A stretch of 64,000 nucleotides of DNA from Deltaproteobacteria bacterium (lineage in GTDB: Bacteria; Myxococcota_A; UBA9160; SMWR01), in the NCBI GenBank assembly GCA_032128375.1, contig JAQBGU010000143.1, positions 1 to 64,000 of the forward strand, given 5' to 3'. How positions within the stretch are numbered: position 1 is the stretch's first letter; the number at the start of each line of letters is the position of its first letter. The notes under the pieces are model-generated. The model saw only the letters and a list, made by a program, of their open reading frames with translations, searched no databases and was not told the DNA's origin. The position numbers were made by a program, and so were the translations under genes. Shown in pieces: positions 42,631-51,010 of this stretch.

Positions 42631-43755
42631 TCAAGAATCGTTCTCCAGCAGCACGACGTTCATTTTCTTCAACACCGCGGGGATCTCGCCGAGCAGGGCG
42701 CGAATGTCACGCTCGAACAGATGTCCGATGGTTCCAATCCGGAAGCACTCGGCGCCCGGCAGTTTTGCGGGATAGATGGCGAAGCCCCGATCACTGAGGC
42801 GTGCGGCGAACTCCTCGAACTGAAAGTTCGCGTCGGCCGGCTCGCGGAAGCTCGTGATGATGCCGCTCTGCAGCGACTCGGGCAGATAGGTTTCAAATCC
42901 GAGCAACCCCATCCCCTCGCGCAAGACGCGCTGGTTCGCGCTGTACCGTTCGGCGCGAGCGGCTATGCCTCCCTCGGCGGCGAGTTCGCGTAGCGCCTGC
43001 GCGAACGCCAGAATCGCGTGAGTGGGCGGTGTGAAGCGGAACATCCCGTCGCTTTCGAGCCCGCGCCACTGCGCGAGCAGATCGAGCGAGAGCGTGCGTG
43101 CGTTGCCCTCGGCGGCGAGCAGCGCGGCACGGCGGCACACTGCGAAGGCGAAGCCGGGAACGCCCTCGATGCACTTGTTCGACGACGAGACCAGCACGTC
43201 GATCCCCGCATCCTCGATACTCAGCGGCACACCGCCGAAGCTGCTCATGGCGTCGACCACGAAGCTTCGCCCGGCCGCATGCACTGCAGCGCCGAGCGCC
43301 TCGATCGGATTCAGCATCCCAGACGAGGTTTCGCAGTGGACGGCCGCGACGTGCGTGATGGTCGGGTCTCGCTCGAGCGCATCCGACAAGCGAGCCGGGT
43401 CGGGCGGCTCTTGCTCGTCAACACGTAGTAGTGACGATTCGACGCCGAGGATCTCAGCGATCTTCGCGATGCGGTCTCCGTAGGTTCCGTTCGAGACCAC
43501 GAGCAGACGAGCTGTTGGCGGGAACATCGTACACAGAACAGACTCGAGGGCGAATGTGCCGCTGCCCTGCATGAGAACGGCCTCGAAGCCCTGCTCCTGC
43601 GAGACGCGGCCGAGCGCGAGCAGGCTCTGTCGCACGCCGCGCACAATCTCGATGAACTCGGGTTCTCGTGAACCGACATCGCGCAGCATCGCTTCCTTGA
43701 CGCTCTTGCTCGTGCCGAGAGGGCCGGGGGTGAAGAGAAGCTTGTCGCGTGCCAT
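42631..43755 (-). CDS. phnW: 2-aminoethylphosphonate--pyruvate transaminase
   Basis: LLFTPGP, QGSGTFALE, NGTYG, HCETSSG, DAMSSFG, SSNKCIEGVPG, RFTPPTH. Confidence 0.92.
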   Translation of the reverse strand: MARDKLLFTPGPLGTSKSVKEAMLRDVGSREPEFIEIVRGVRQSLLALGRVSQEQGFEAVLMQGSGTFALESVLCTMFPPTARLLVVSNGTYGDRIAKIAEILGVESSLLRVDEQEPPDPARLSDALERDPTITHVAAVHCETSSGMLNPIEALGAAVHAAGRSFVVDAMSSFGGVPLSIEDAGIDVLVSSSNKCIEGVPGFAFAVCRRAALLAAEGNARTLSLDLLAQWRGLESDGMFRFTPPTHAILAFAQALRELAAEGGIAARAERYSANQRVLREGMGLLGFETYLPESLQSGIITSFREPADANFQFEEFAARLSDRGFAIYPAKLPGAECFRIGTIGHLFERDIRALLGEIPAVLKKMNVVLLENDS

Positions 43756-43769
43756 CGTCGAACTCCGTG

Positions 43770-44102
43770 TCATCCGCGCTGCGTGTTCAAATAGGCGGCC
43801 GCATCGGGATCCTTCGGATCCTCGAAGACCTTCCGGCACGAACCCGATTCGATGAGACAACCCGCGCCATCGCGCAGCCTGCCTGGAAACAGATCCGTCA
43901 TGCGGTCGAGGCTCGCGAGCAGTGAACTCTTTCCGCAGCCCGAAGGTCCGATCAGTGCGGTGATCCGTCCGGTGGCCACGTCGAGGTCGACGTCGCGCAG
44001 CGCGGCCTTCGTGCCGTAGTCGACCGAGAGCCCCCGGATCCGGATGCGTACGCTGTTCTCGATGGCAGAGATCGGCGCATTTTTTGCGGCCGCCCCGATC
44101 AT
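43770..44102 (-). pseudogene. pstB: Phosphate ABC ATPase with large in-frame internal deletion (110 aa left)
   Basis: Walker A GPSGCGKS...DRMTDL joins directly to C-terminal GCLIESG...VFEDP; signature, Walker B and H-loop absent. Confidence 0.88.
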
Positions 44103-44932
44103 GCGACAATCCTCTTGTCGCCCAACCAGCGATGGGTCAGGCCGGTAGCGACGAAATTCGCGCCGAGTATGATCGCTACCAGCACGAGCGCAGTCGCGTA
44201 GGCGCGCGATTCGCCTCCCACGACGTTCATGGCCAGGTCGTAGACGTGTATCGAAAGGGCGCGGCCCGAGTCGAGGAGCGACCCTGGCATTCGGTCGACG
44301 TAGCCGCTGGTAAAGAGCAGGGCCGCGGTTTCGGCGAGGGCTCGGCCAATGCCGAGCACCAGGCCCACGGCCAGCCCGTGACGGGCGGCTGGCAAGAGCA
44401 GCCGAAACAGCGTCGTGGCGCGGCTCATGCCGAGGGCGGCAGCGCCGAGCCGCAGATCGTCTGAAACGGCGTGCAAGCCCTCCTCGGTGGCACGAATCAC
44501 CAACGGAAGCGCCATGCAGGCCAGAGTCAGCCCGCCTGAGAGGATCGAAAAACCCATGCCCAGCGCAACGCAAAAGAGTGCATTGCCGAAGAGCCCGAAG
44601 ACGATCGACGGCACCCCGGCCAGTACGTCCAGGCTGCGTCGCACGCTTCGGGTGAACGGGGCCTCACTGCGGGCGTACTCTGCGAGGAGCACTGCCGTCG
44701 AGAGGCCAAGTGGCACAGTCACAATCAGACACACGGCCAGGATCAGAAAGGTCGAAACCAGTATCGGCCCGATCCCACCGCCCCGGCCCGCGTCGAGCGG
44801 GGCCTCGGTCAAGAACGACCAGGAGATCTCTCCAATTCCCCGCACCAGCAGATCGCCGACAATCCAGACGAAGACCGCGGTGACCCCGAGCGCGGCGGAC
44901 CAGACCACGAATGTGCCGAGCCGATCACGCAT
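44099..44932 (-). CDS. pstA: Phosphate ABC permease PstA
   Basis: GGIGPIL, LAGVPSIVFGLFG, GRALAETAAL. Confidence 0.95.
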   Translation of the reverse strand: MRDRLGTFVVWSAALGVTAVFVWIVGDLLVRGIGEISWSFLTEAPLDAGRGGGIGPILVSTFLILAVCLIVTVPLGLSTAVLLAEYARSEAPFTRSVRRSLDVLAGVPSIVFGLFGNALFCVALGMGFSILSGGLTLACMALPLVIRATEEGLHAVSDDLRLGAAALGMSRATTLFRLLLPAARHGLAVGLVLGIGRALAETAALLFTSGYVDRMPGSLLDSGRALSIHVYDLAMNVVGGESRAYATALVLVAIILGANFVATGLTHRWLGDKRIVA

Positions 44933-45836
44933 GGCGCGGGCTCCGATCGAAACGCTCCGCAATACCCACGAGCGCGACAACGATCAGCAACAGAACCAGC
45001 CCGCTCGCGAACAACGCGGAGCGGTGATCCGCCATCGCGTAGCCCATCTCGAGAGCGATGTTGGCTGTCAGCGTGCGGACCGGGTCCAGCATCCCGTGCG
45101 GCAATTGTACGACATTGCCCGATACCATGAGCACGGCCATCGTCTCACCCAGAGCCCGGGCGGCGGCGAGGAGCACGCCGGTGCCGATTCCGGCGCGGGC
45201 CGCGGGCAGTACGACCCGGCCCACCAGCGTAGCACGGGACAGGCCCAGCGCGTGTGCACCATGCACGACACCGGCGGGCACTGCGCCGATCGCCGTTTCC
45301 GACAGGAGCGCGACCGTGGGTAGAATCATCATCGTGAGTACCAGCACGCCGGCCAATAGACTCTGGCCGGGCGGCGCAACCGCGAGCAACAACGGTACGA
45401 GAGACACGAGTCCCCAGAATCCATAGACGACCGACGGCACACCAGCGAGCAATTCGATCACGCGCCGCTGCACGCGCGCAATCGCGGGCGGCGCATAGAA
45501 GTGTGTGAAGACCGCGCAAGCGACACCCAACGGCGTTGACAGAACAATCGCTCCGAAGCTGGAGAGCAGCGTGCCAACCAACATGGGCGTGAGGTTGAAG
45601 TCCTCGTCCGGGTGCCAGCCCGGGTCGCCAAGCAGCCGCGCGGGGCCGATGTTTCGCAGGGCCGGCCAGGATTCGCTCAGCATGAACAGCACGATCAGGA
45701 CCACGATCGCGCCCGAGATTGCCCCGCATGTGAGCAGTGCGCGGTGCAGCCAACGGTCGCGGGTTGCCGAACTCTGCTCGGCCTTGCGCTGAGCGTCGGC
45801 CGGCGTAGCGGCCGGACCTTTAGCGTGCAGCCACAA
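44925..45836 (-). CDS. pstC: Phosphate ABC permease PstC
   Basis: ELLAGVPSVVYGFWG, MILPT, RALGETMAV. Confidence 0.95.
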   Translation of the reverse strand: MWLHAKGPAATPADAQRKAEQSSATRDRWLHRALLTCGAISGAIVVLIVLFMLSESWPALRNIGPARLLGDPGWHPDEDFNLTPMLVGTLLSSFGAIVLSTPLGVACAVFTHFYAPPAIARVQRRVIELLAGVPSVVYGFWGLVSLVPLLLAVAPPGQSLLAGVLVLTMMILPTVALLSETAIGAVPAGVVHGAHALGLSRATLVGRVVLPAARAGIGTGVLLAAARALGETMAVLMVSGNVVQLPHGMLDPVRTLTANIALEMGYAMADHRSALFASGLVLLLIVVALVGIAERFDRSPRHA

Positions 45837-46662
45837 AGGAATGTGCCTCGACCAGATCGCTTACGTCGGCCGACATCGCGTACTCGATGAACGTCGCAGC
45901 GAGAGCCGTGGGCTGCCCCGATGTGACGAGGTTGAGCTCGCGAAGCAATGGGAAACTCCCGTCTGCAACGTGCGCACTCGTTGCGGCGACGCCCGCCAGC
46001 GGCAGCAGGCGGATCGGTTTCCCGTTCTCGACAGCCCGCTCTGCACTGCCGATCGACACGTAACCGATGGCGTGGGGGTTTCCGGAGACGGACTTGATTC
46101 CGTGTTCGTTGTCGCCGATTACGACAGACGCCCGGATTTCGCGATCCTCGAGCGCCATGTGAGACACGAAGATCTCGTGGGTCGAGCGCCCGGCTGCTTT
46201 GTGAACCACGCTGATCGGTGCGTCGGCCCCTCCCAGTTCTTTCCAGTTCGCAATCCTACCGGTGTAGGCTCCCCGGATCTGGTCGTCGGTGAGGGCCGCG
46301 ACCGTGTTCGACTCGTGGACGATCATCCCCACGCCATCTCTTGCGATGAGGAATCCAGCGAGGTCGGCCTCCGGCGGCAAGAGCGCCCGCGACACCATGC
46401 CGATGTCGGCGAGACCCTTGCGCACATCGGCGATCCCGCGCGACGATCCGCCCGTCTGCACATCCACCCGAACCTCGCGGGTCGGATCGGATTCGAAGCG
46501 TCGGCCGATTTCCAGCAACAGCGGCGCGATCGTGCTCGAGCCGGTTACGACCAGCCGGGAACTCTGGTCGGCGCCAGGCTCGCGGCAACCCGCGCCGAGG
46601 AAGAGTGTGAGGAGCAAGGCCACCAGGGCGGCGGCATCAAGAACAAGATTGCGCGACATCAT
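45820..46662 (-). CDS. pstS: Phosphate ABC substrate-binding lipoprotein PstS
   Basis: GAGC lipobox; TGSSTIAP, GGSSRG, DIGMVSR, AIGYVS. Confidence 0.92.
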   Translation of the reverse strand: MMSRNLVLDAAALVALLLTLFLGAGCREPGADQSSRLVVTGSSTIAPLLLEIGRRFESDPTREVRVDVQTGGSSRGIADVRKGLADIGMVSRALLPPEADLAGFLIARDGVGMIVHESNTVAALTDDQIRGAYTGRIANWKELGGADAPISVVHKAAGRSTHEIFVSHMALEDREIRASVVIGDNEHGIKSVSGNPHAIGYVSIGSAERAVENGKPIRLLPLAGVAATSAHVADGSFPLLRELNLVTSGQPTALAATFIEYAMSADVSDLVEAHSFVAAR

Positions 46663-46707
46663 TCGAAGGTTTCCTGCCCTATCCGATATCCGATCAGCTT
46701 GTGCGTG

Positions 46708-48183
46708 CTAGTTCGCCGGGTCGTGACACATATGAATCAGAGAGGCTGCCATCCAGTCGGGCGGCTCGAGACCGAGCGCAGTGAGGAACGTGGCTCCCAC
46801 ATTGGCGAGGCTTCCTGTGCGGGCGCTCTGGGCGAGCCGCACGCCGGGAGCGGGTGCTACCAGCAGCGGCACCGGGCTCGTGGAGTGCGAGCCGAAGGGC
46901 CGTCCCTCGGCGTCGAGCATGGTGTCGGCGTTGCCGTGGTCCGAGGTCACGAGAAGTGTCCAGCCGTGCTCGCTGCAGGCTGCATGAATGCGCCGCAGCT
47001 CGATGTCGACACCACTGGTGGCTTGGACTGCGAGCTTCGGGTCTCCCAGGTGACCCACCTGATCCGGGTTCGCGATGTTGGCGACGATCGCGCGCCGGTT
47101 CGGGTCGCCGAGCTGCGCCACGATGGCCGCGGTTACCTCGCTGGTCGACATGGCCGGCTGGTTGGCGATCTGGTCCTCGGGTATCGAGGGGATGCAGATC
47201 GACTCTTCGCCCAACGTGGTATTGAAGCCGTTGAAGAAGTAGGTGACATGCGGGAACTTGCATTGCTCGGCGATGCGAACCGCAGAGAGCTGCCGCTTCT
47301 GGAGCTCGAACTCGATGCCCTCGCGCAGCGGCTCCTTGGGGAAGAAGACACGCTCGGGTGGCACGGCTCCGTCGAGCTCGACCAAGGAGAAGACGGGGTT
47401 CGAATCGCAGAAGGCCTGCGCGAGCTGTCGCGTCCGATCGGCCCGGTTGTTGGCGATCAGCACGGGCTCGCCGTCGCCGATCGCGCAATGCCCGGGGAAG
47501 CGGTGGCAAGGGAAATCCTTCTCGCCGGCACCCGTCGCGAGGTGCGCTTCGAGCACCTCCAGGCTGAAATCGGGAAGCGAATGACGTCCCTTCAGGTGGT
47601 CGACCAGCACCTGCGTGATTTTCAGGTTTCCACTGCGATCGCAGGCCCAGCGGCGCCCCATGACGCTGGCGCAGAGGGTTCCGGGCGAGTCTTCGAGCTC
47701 TCCGATCAGTTCGCCTAGCAGGCGAGGCGCGGAGCCAGCCTGTGCATCAACACCGTCGAGGATCGGGTGAAGGTAGACCTGCGGCACACCAGCCGCGAGA
47801 GCCAGCCGGGCTGACCGCAGCAGGTTCGGCCAGTAGCCGTGCACTCCCGCATCGGAGAGCAGGCCGACGATGTGCAGCCGTTCGTGGTTTGCGATCTCGG
47901 ACCAGGGGGATGCCGCCTGCCAGCTGCCGTCGGCGTAGGCCTCTTCCATGGTCTCGAGAACCGAGGACACCCGCCGCCCTGCCCCGATCGTCAGGTGCCC
48001 AACTTCCGAGTTGCCCGTGTGTCCCTTCTGCAATCCGACCGCTTCGCCCGAGGCCTCTAGCGAAGCAGCGCCGAAGCGATCCATCAACTCGAAGAAATAG
48101 GGCATCGATTCGGCGCTGACCGCGTTTCCGGGTGAAGGGTCGCTCAGGCCAACGCCGTCCAAAATCAACAATAGGGCCTTCAC
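46708..48183 (-). CDS. gpmI: Cofactor-independent phosphoglycerate mutase-like protein (divergent)
   Basis: ILDGVG, GNSEVGH, NRADR, HVTYFFNG, NPDQVGH, SDHGNA. Confidence 0.85.
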   Translation of the reverse strand: MKALLLILDGVGLSDPSPGNAVSAESMPYFFELMDRFGAASLEASGEAVGLQKGHTGNSEVGHLTIGAGRRVSSVLETMEEAYADGSWQAASPWSEIANHERLHIVGLLSDAGVHGYWPNLLRSARLALAAGVPQVYLHPILDGVDAQAGSAPRLLGELIGELEDSPGTLCASVMGRRWACDRSGNLKITQVLVDHLKGRHSLPDFSLEVLEAHLATGAGEKDFPCHRFPGHCAIGDGEPVLIANNRADRTRQLAQAFCDSNPVFSLVELDGAVPPERVFFPKEPLREGIEFELQKRQLSAVRIAEQCKFPHVTYFFNGFNTTLGEESICIPSIPEDQIANQPAMSTSEVTAAIVAQLGDPNRRAIVANIANPDQVGHLGDPKLAVQATSGVDIELRRIHAACSEHGWTLLVTSDHGNADTMLDAEGRPFGSHSTSPVPLLVAPAPGVRLAQSARTGSLANVGATFLTALGLEPPDWMAASLIHMCHDPAN

Positions 48184-49496
48184 GCCGTTCTCTCGTGGTG
48201 CGCTTTGAAGCGGGCCAGCTCGGACCAGAAACCGGGAAAAGATTTGGCCACGCAGTCGGGATCCTCGATGTCGATGCCGTCGTAGAGCAGGCGCAGCAGG
48301 CCGAAGGACATGGCCACGCGGTGGTCGTCGTAGGTGTGGATGCTGGCCGGCCGGATTCCGCCACCGGGACGGATGATCAGATGGTCGTCGCCCTCCACGG
48401 TCTCGATGCCGAGCCGGCCGAGCTCAGTCGCGGCGGCGTGGATGCGGTCGCATTCTTTTACGCGGAGATTGGCGATGTTGGTGATGCGAGTCTCGCCCTC
48501 GGCCACCGCCGCGGCGATCGCGAGGCTGAGCACCGTGTCTGGCATCGTCTCCATGTCGACCGCGATGCCTCGCAGCGGACCACCCGCGAGCAGTAGGCCG
48601 CCTGCGCGCATCTCCACACGGCAACCCATCTGCTCGAGGGCGTGGGCAAGACCTACATCGCCCTGCGCCGACTCCACTCCGATCCCCGGGATGAACACTT
48701 GGGATCCCGTGATGGCGGCGGCAACAAGGAAGTAGGACATGCCCGAAGCATCGACCTCTACGGGAATCTCCGCATTCTCCGGTTGGCCCGGGTAGACGAC
48801 GAAGAGGTCATCGCTGCGCTCCTCCACGTTGATTCCCTGCTCGGCGAGCATGCGCAGCGTCATTCGCACGTAGGGCCTCGATACCAGATGCCCCGTCACC
48901 CGGATCTCGATAGGTCCCTCGGGCTGCTGGGCGGCGAACAGGATCAGGGAACTCAGGAACTGAGAGGAAACACCGCCATGGATCGACCACTGCCGCGTCT
49001 GAGGCACGCCTTCCGAAACGCGCACGGGCAGACAGCCCTGCGTCTCCAGACACTCTGTCTGGATCCCCATCGCTTTTTGGGCATCGAGCAGGTCGGACAT
49101 GGGTCGCTCGCAAAGCCGGGCATTGCCCGTGACGGTCGCGCCGCCTCGAACCCCGGCTGCGAAGGACAAAAGAAGGCGGGCCGGAGTCCCGGCTGCCCCG
49201 ATGTAGAGATCCGCATCGGGAGCCCCCAGGTCGCCCGGACTCCGACTCACGCGAAACCCCGTGTTGGTCTTGGTTACTTGCAGGCCCTGGAAGCCATCGA
49301 GGCAACTGGCCAGATACTCGGTGTCGTCGCAGTGGAGCCCGCCGGTAATTTCGGTCTCGCCCACGCGCTGGGCAGCGATCATCAGGGCTCGATTCGTGTA
49401 CGACTTGGAGCCGGGGATCTGGGCTGCGAACGGTTCCGAAGCACGACTCATAAGCGGCGTGATCGCGCGGCAACGATCGGTGTTCGTCTCGGCCAT
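48180..49496 (-). CDS. aroA: EPSP synthase (3-phosphoshikimate 1-carboxyvinyltransferase) family
   Basis: PGSKSYTNRA, ERP, SSQFLS, RVKECDRI, DDHRVAMSF, CVAKSFP. Confidence 0.92.
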   Translation of the reverse strand: MAETNTDRCRAITPLMSRASEPFAAQIPGSKSYTNRALMIAAQRVGETEITGGLHCDDTEYLASCLDGFQGLQVTKTNTGFRVSRSPGDLGAPDADLYIGAAGTPARLLLSFAAGVRGGATVTGNARLCERPMSDLLDAQKAMGIQTECLETQGCLPVRVSEGVPQTRQWSIHGGVSSQFLSSLILFAAQQPEGPIEIRVTGHLVSRPYVRMTLRMLAEQGINVEERSDDLFVVYPGQPENAEIPVEVDASGMSYFLVAAAITGSQVFIPGIGVESAQGDVGLAHALEQMGCRVEMRAGGLLLAGGPLRGIAVDMETMPDTVLSLAIAAAVAEGETRITNIANLRVKECDRIHAAATELGRLGIETVEGDDHLIIRPGGGIRPASIHTYDDHRVAMSFGLLRLLYDGIDIEDPDCVAKSFPGFWSELARFKAHHERTA

Positions 49497-49550
49497 GGCA
49501 TCTCCGGCATGAGTCGACGCGGCTCTTCCGACGAGGACCGGCAAATCTAT

Positions 49551-49567
49551 TGCAAGCGATATACCAA
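49551..49567 (-). promoter_or_regulatory. Candidate sigma-54 promoter of the aroA cluster
   Basis: TTGGTATATCGCTTGCA (TGG-N10-GC with TTGCA), about 55 nt upstream of aroA. Confidence 0.5.
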
Positions 49568-49963
49568 AGCGGGACAGCTGCGCGGGCATTTCGGGCTGTT
49601 CCAAAGTGGGGATTTGGCCCGAATGGAGGATCCGGTGTGCGAAATCACCCACCTCCGCCGGTTTTGGGTCCGGTGCCGCTCGGAGCTAGCCAGCCCCTCG
49701 ATGTGGCCAGACGTTTCGGAGGCGAGTTCACTCCACGACGGGGAATCGATGGCCCGAGCTGTTCCCGCCATCGCACGGCCTCGGGTCGACTTCCTTCGAT
49801 ACAAAATCAACAAGGGCTGGGACGTGACCGAAAACGCGATCCATGGGAAGGCTGTGTGTTCGTTCGATACGATGACGATGGATACGGAACGCGTCAGTAG
49901 TGCGACGTGAGGGTGAATTTCTCGACGGGTGGCGAAATAGAGCTTTCAAAGGCTTGTTTCCCG

Positions 49964-51010
49964 CTACAGGATCGCCAGATCGACGTTGGCGAAATTGCGG
50001 CGGTAGTAGGACATGTAATCCACTTTGCGTTCCAGCGCTTCGATCACCGCGTGGGAGAAATTCACTTTCTCGAATCTTTGCGCGCTGCCGAACCCGCCGG
50101 GGCTGAACACGTTGATCTCCATCAGCTTGTCGCCGACGATGTCGAGTCCAACCAGGAACATGCCGTCCTGAACGATCTTGGGACGCACGATCTCAGCGAT
50201 TTTGAGATGCTGATCAGTGATCACTGCCGCACCGAGCTTGCCTCCGGCGTGAACGTTGCTGCGCATGTCTTCGCCCGAACGGATGCGACGAAAGGCGGCA
50301 TACTTGCCGCGGTGGCGCAGCGGTTGCCCGTTCATCAAGAATAGTCGCGTATCGCCTGCCTCGGCCGCCTTGAGGTACTCCTGTGCGATTACGTATCCAT
50401 CGCGACTGACGGCGTCGACCATCTGGTTCAGGTTCGAGCCATCCTGCTCTCGAACGAGAAAGACACCCTGGCCGCCGGATCCCTGGAGGGGCTTCAGCAC
50501 GATCGTGCCGCCTTCCTCCTTCCAAAATTTCTTGATCTCGTCTCGGTCTCTGGTGATGATGGTTCTGGGCCGGACCTCCTCCGGGTACGCCTGGAAGTAC
50601 ATCTTGTTCATCGCCTTGGCGAGGCCGTTGGGGTCGTTCAAAACGACGACGCCGCGCGGCATCGCGACCCGGCCGAAAATGACCCCCGCCGACTGCGCCC
50701 AGGAACGCTGCGCCAGATCGGCGGACGGATCACTTCGCAGCATCAAAATATCCAGCTCGTCAACGCTGATGCGCTCGCGCTTGGCTCTGCGACCCTTCAA
50801 GTCGGCCATGTAGTTGTCGGACGACTTGTAGGTTGACTTGGGTGCAGATGTAGCCCTGGCCCGGATGGACTCATCGGCGTCGTAGGCCAGGTCTCCAGAG
50901 CCGATCACCCAGGCCTCGTGGCCTCGGTTGATCGCGGCCATCGCCATTCTCGTCGTCGTGTAGCCGGTTTCCTCGGTGCTCAGGTCATTCACGATGAATC
51001 CGATTTTCAT
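49964..51010 (-). CDS. gshB: Glutathione synthetase-like ATP-grasp ligase
   Basis: MLRSDP, VLNDPNGL..NK, LKPLQGSGGQGVF, QEYL, RSNVHAGG, GLDIVG, EINVFSP. Confidence 0.85.
   Translation of the reverse strand: MKIGFIVNDLSTEETGYTTTRMAMAAINRGHEAWVIGSGDLAYDADESIRARATSAPKSTYKSSDNYMADLKGRRAKRERISVDELDILMLRSDPSADLAQRSWAQSAGVIFGRVAMPRGVVVLNDPNGLAKAMNKMYFQAYPEEVRPRTIITRDRDEIKKFWKEEGGTIVLKPLQGSGGQGVFLVREQDGSNLNQMVDAVSRDGYVIAQEYLKAAEAGDTRLFLMNGQPLRHRGKYAAFRRIRSGEDMRSNVHAGGKLGAAVITDQHLKIAEIVRPKIVQDGMFLVGLDIVGDKLMEINVFSPGGFGSAQRFEKVNFSHAVIEALERKVDYMSYYRRNFANVDLAIL

Noticed and set aside
45841..47718. Long antisense ORFs (also 33511-35058, 15136-16623, 22756-24096)
   Set aside because: Shadow frames of well-supported genes in GC-rich DNA
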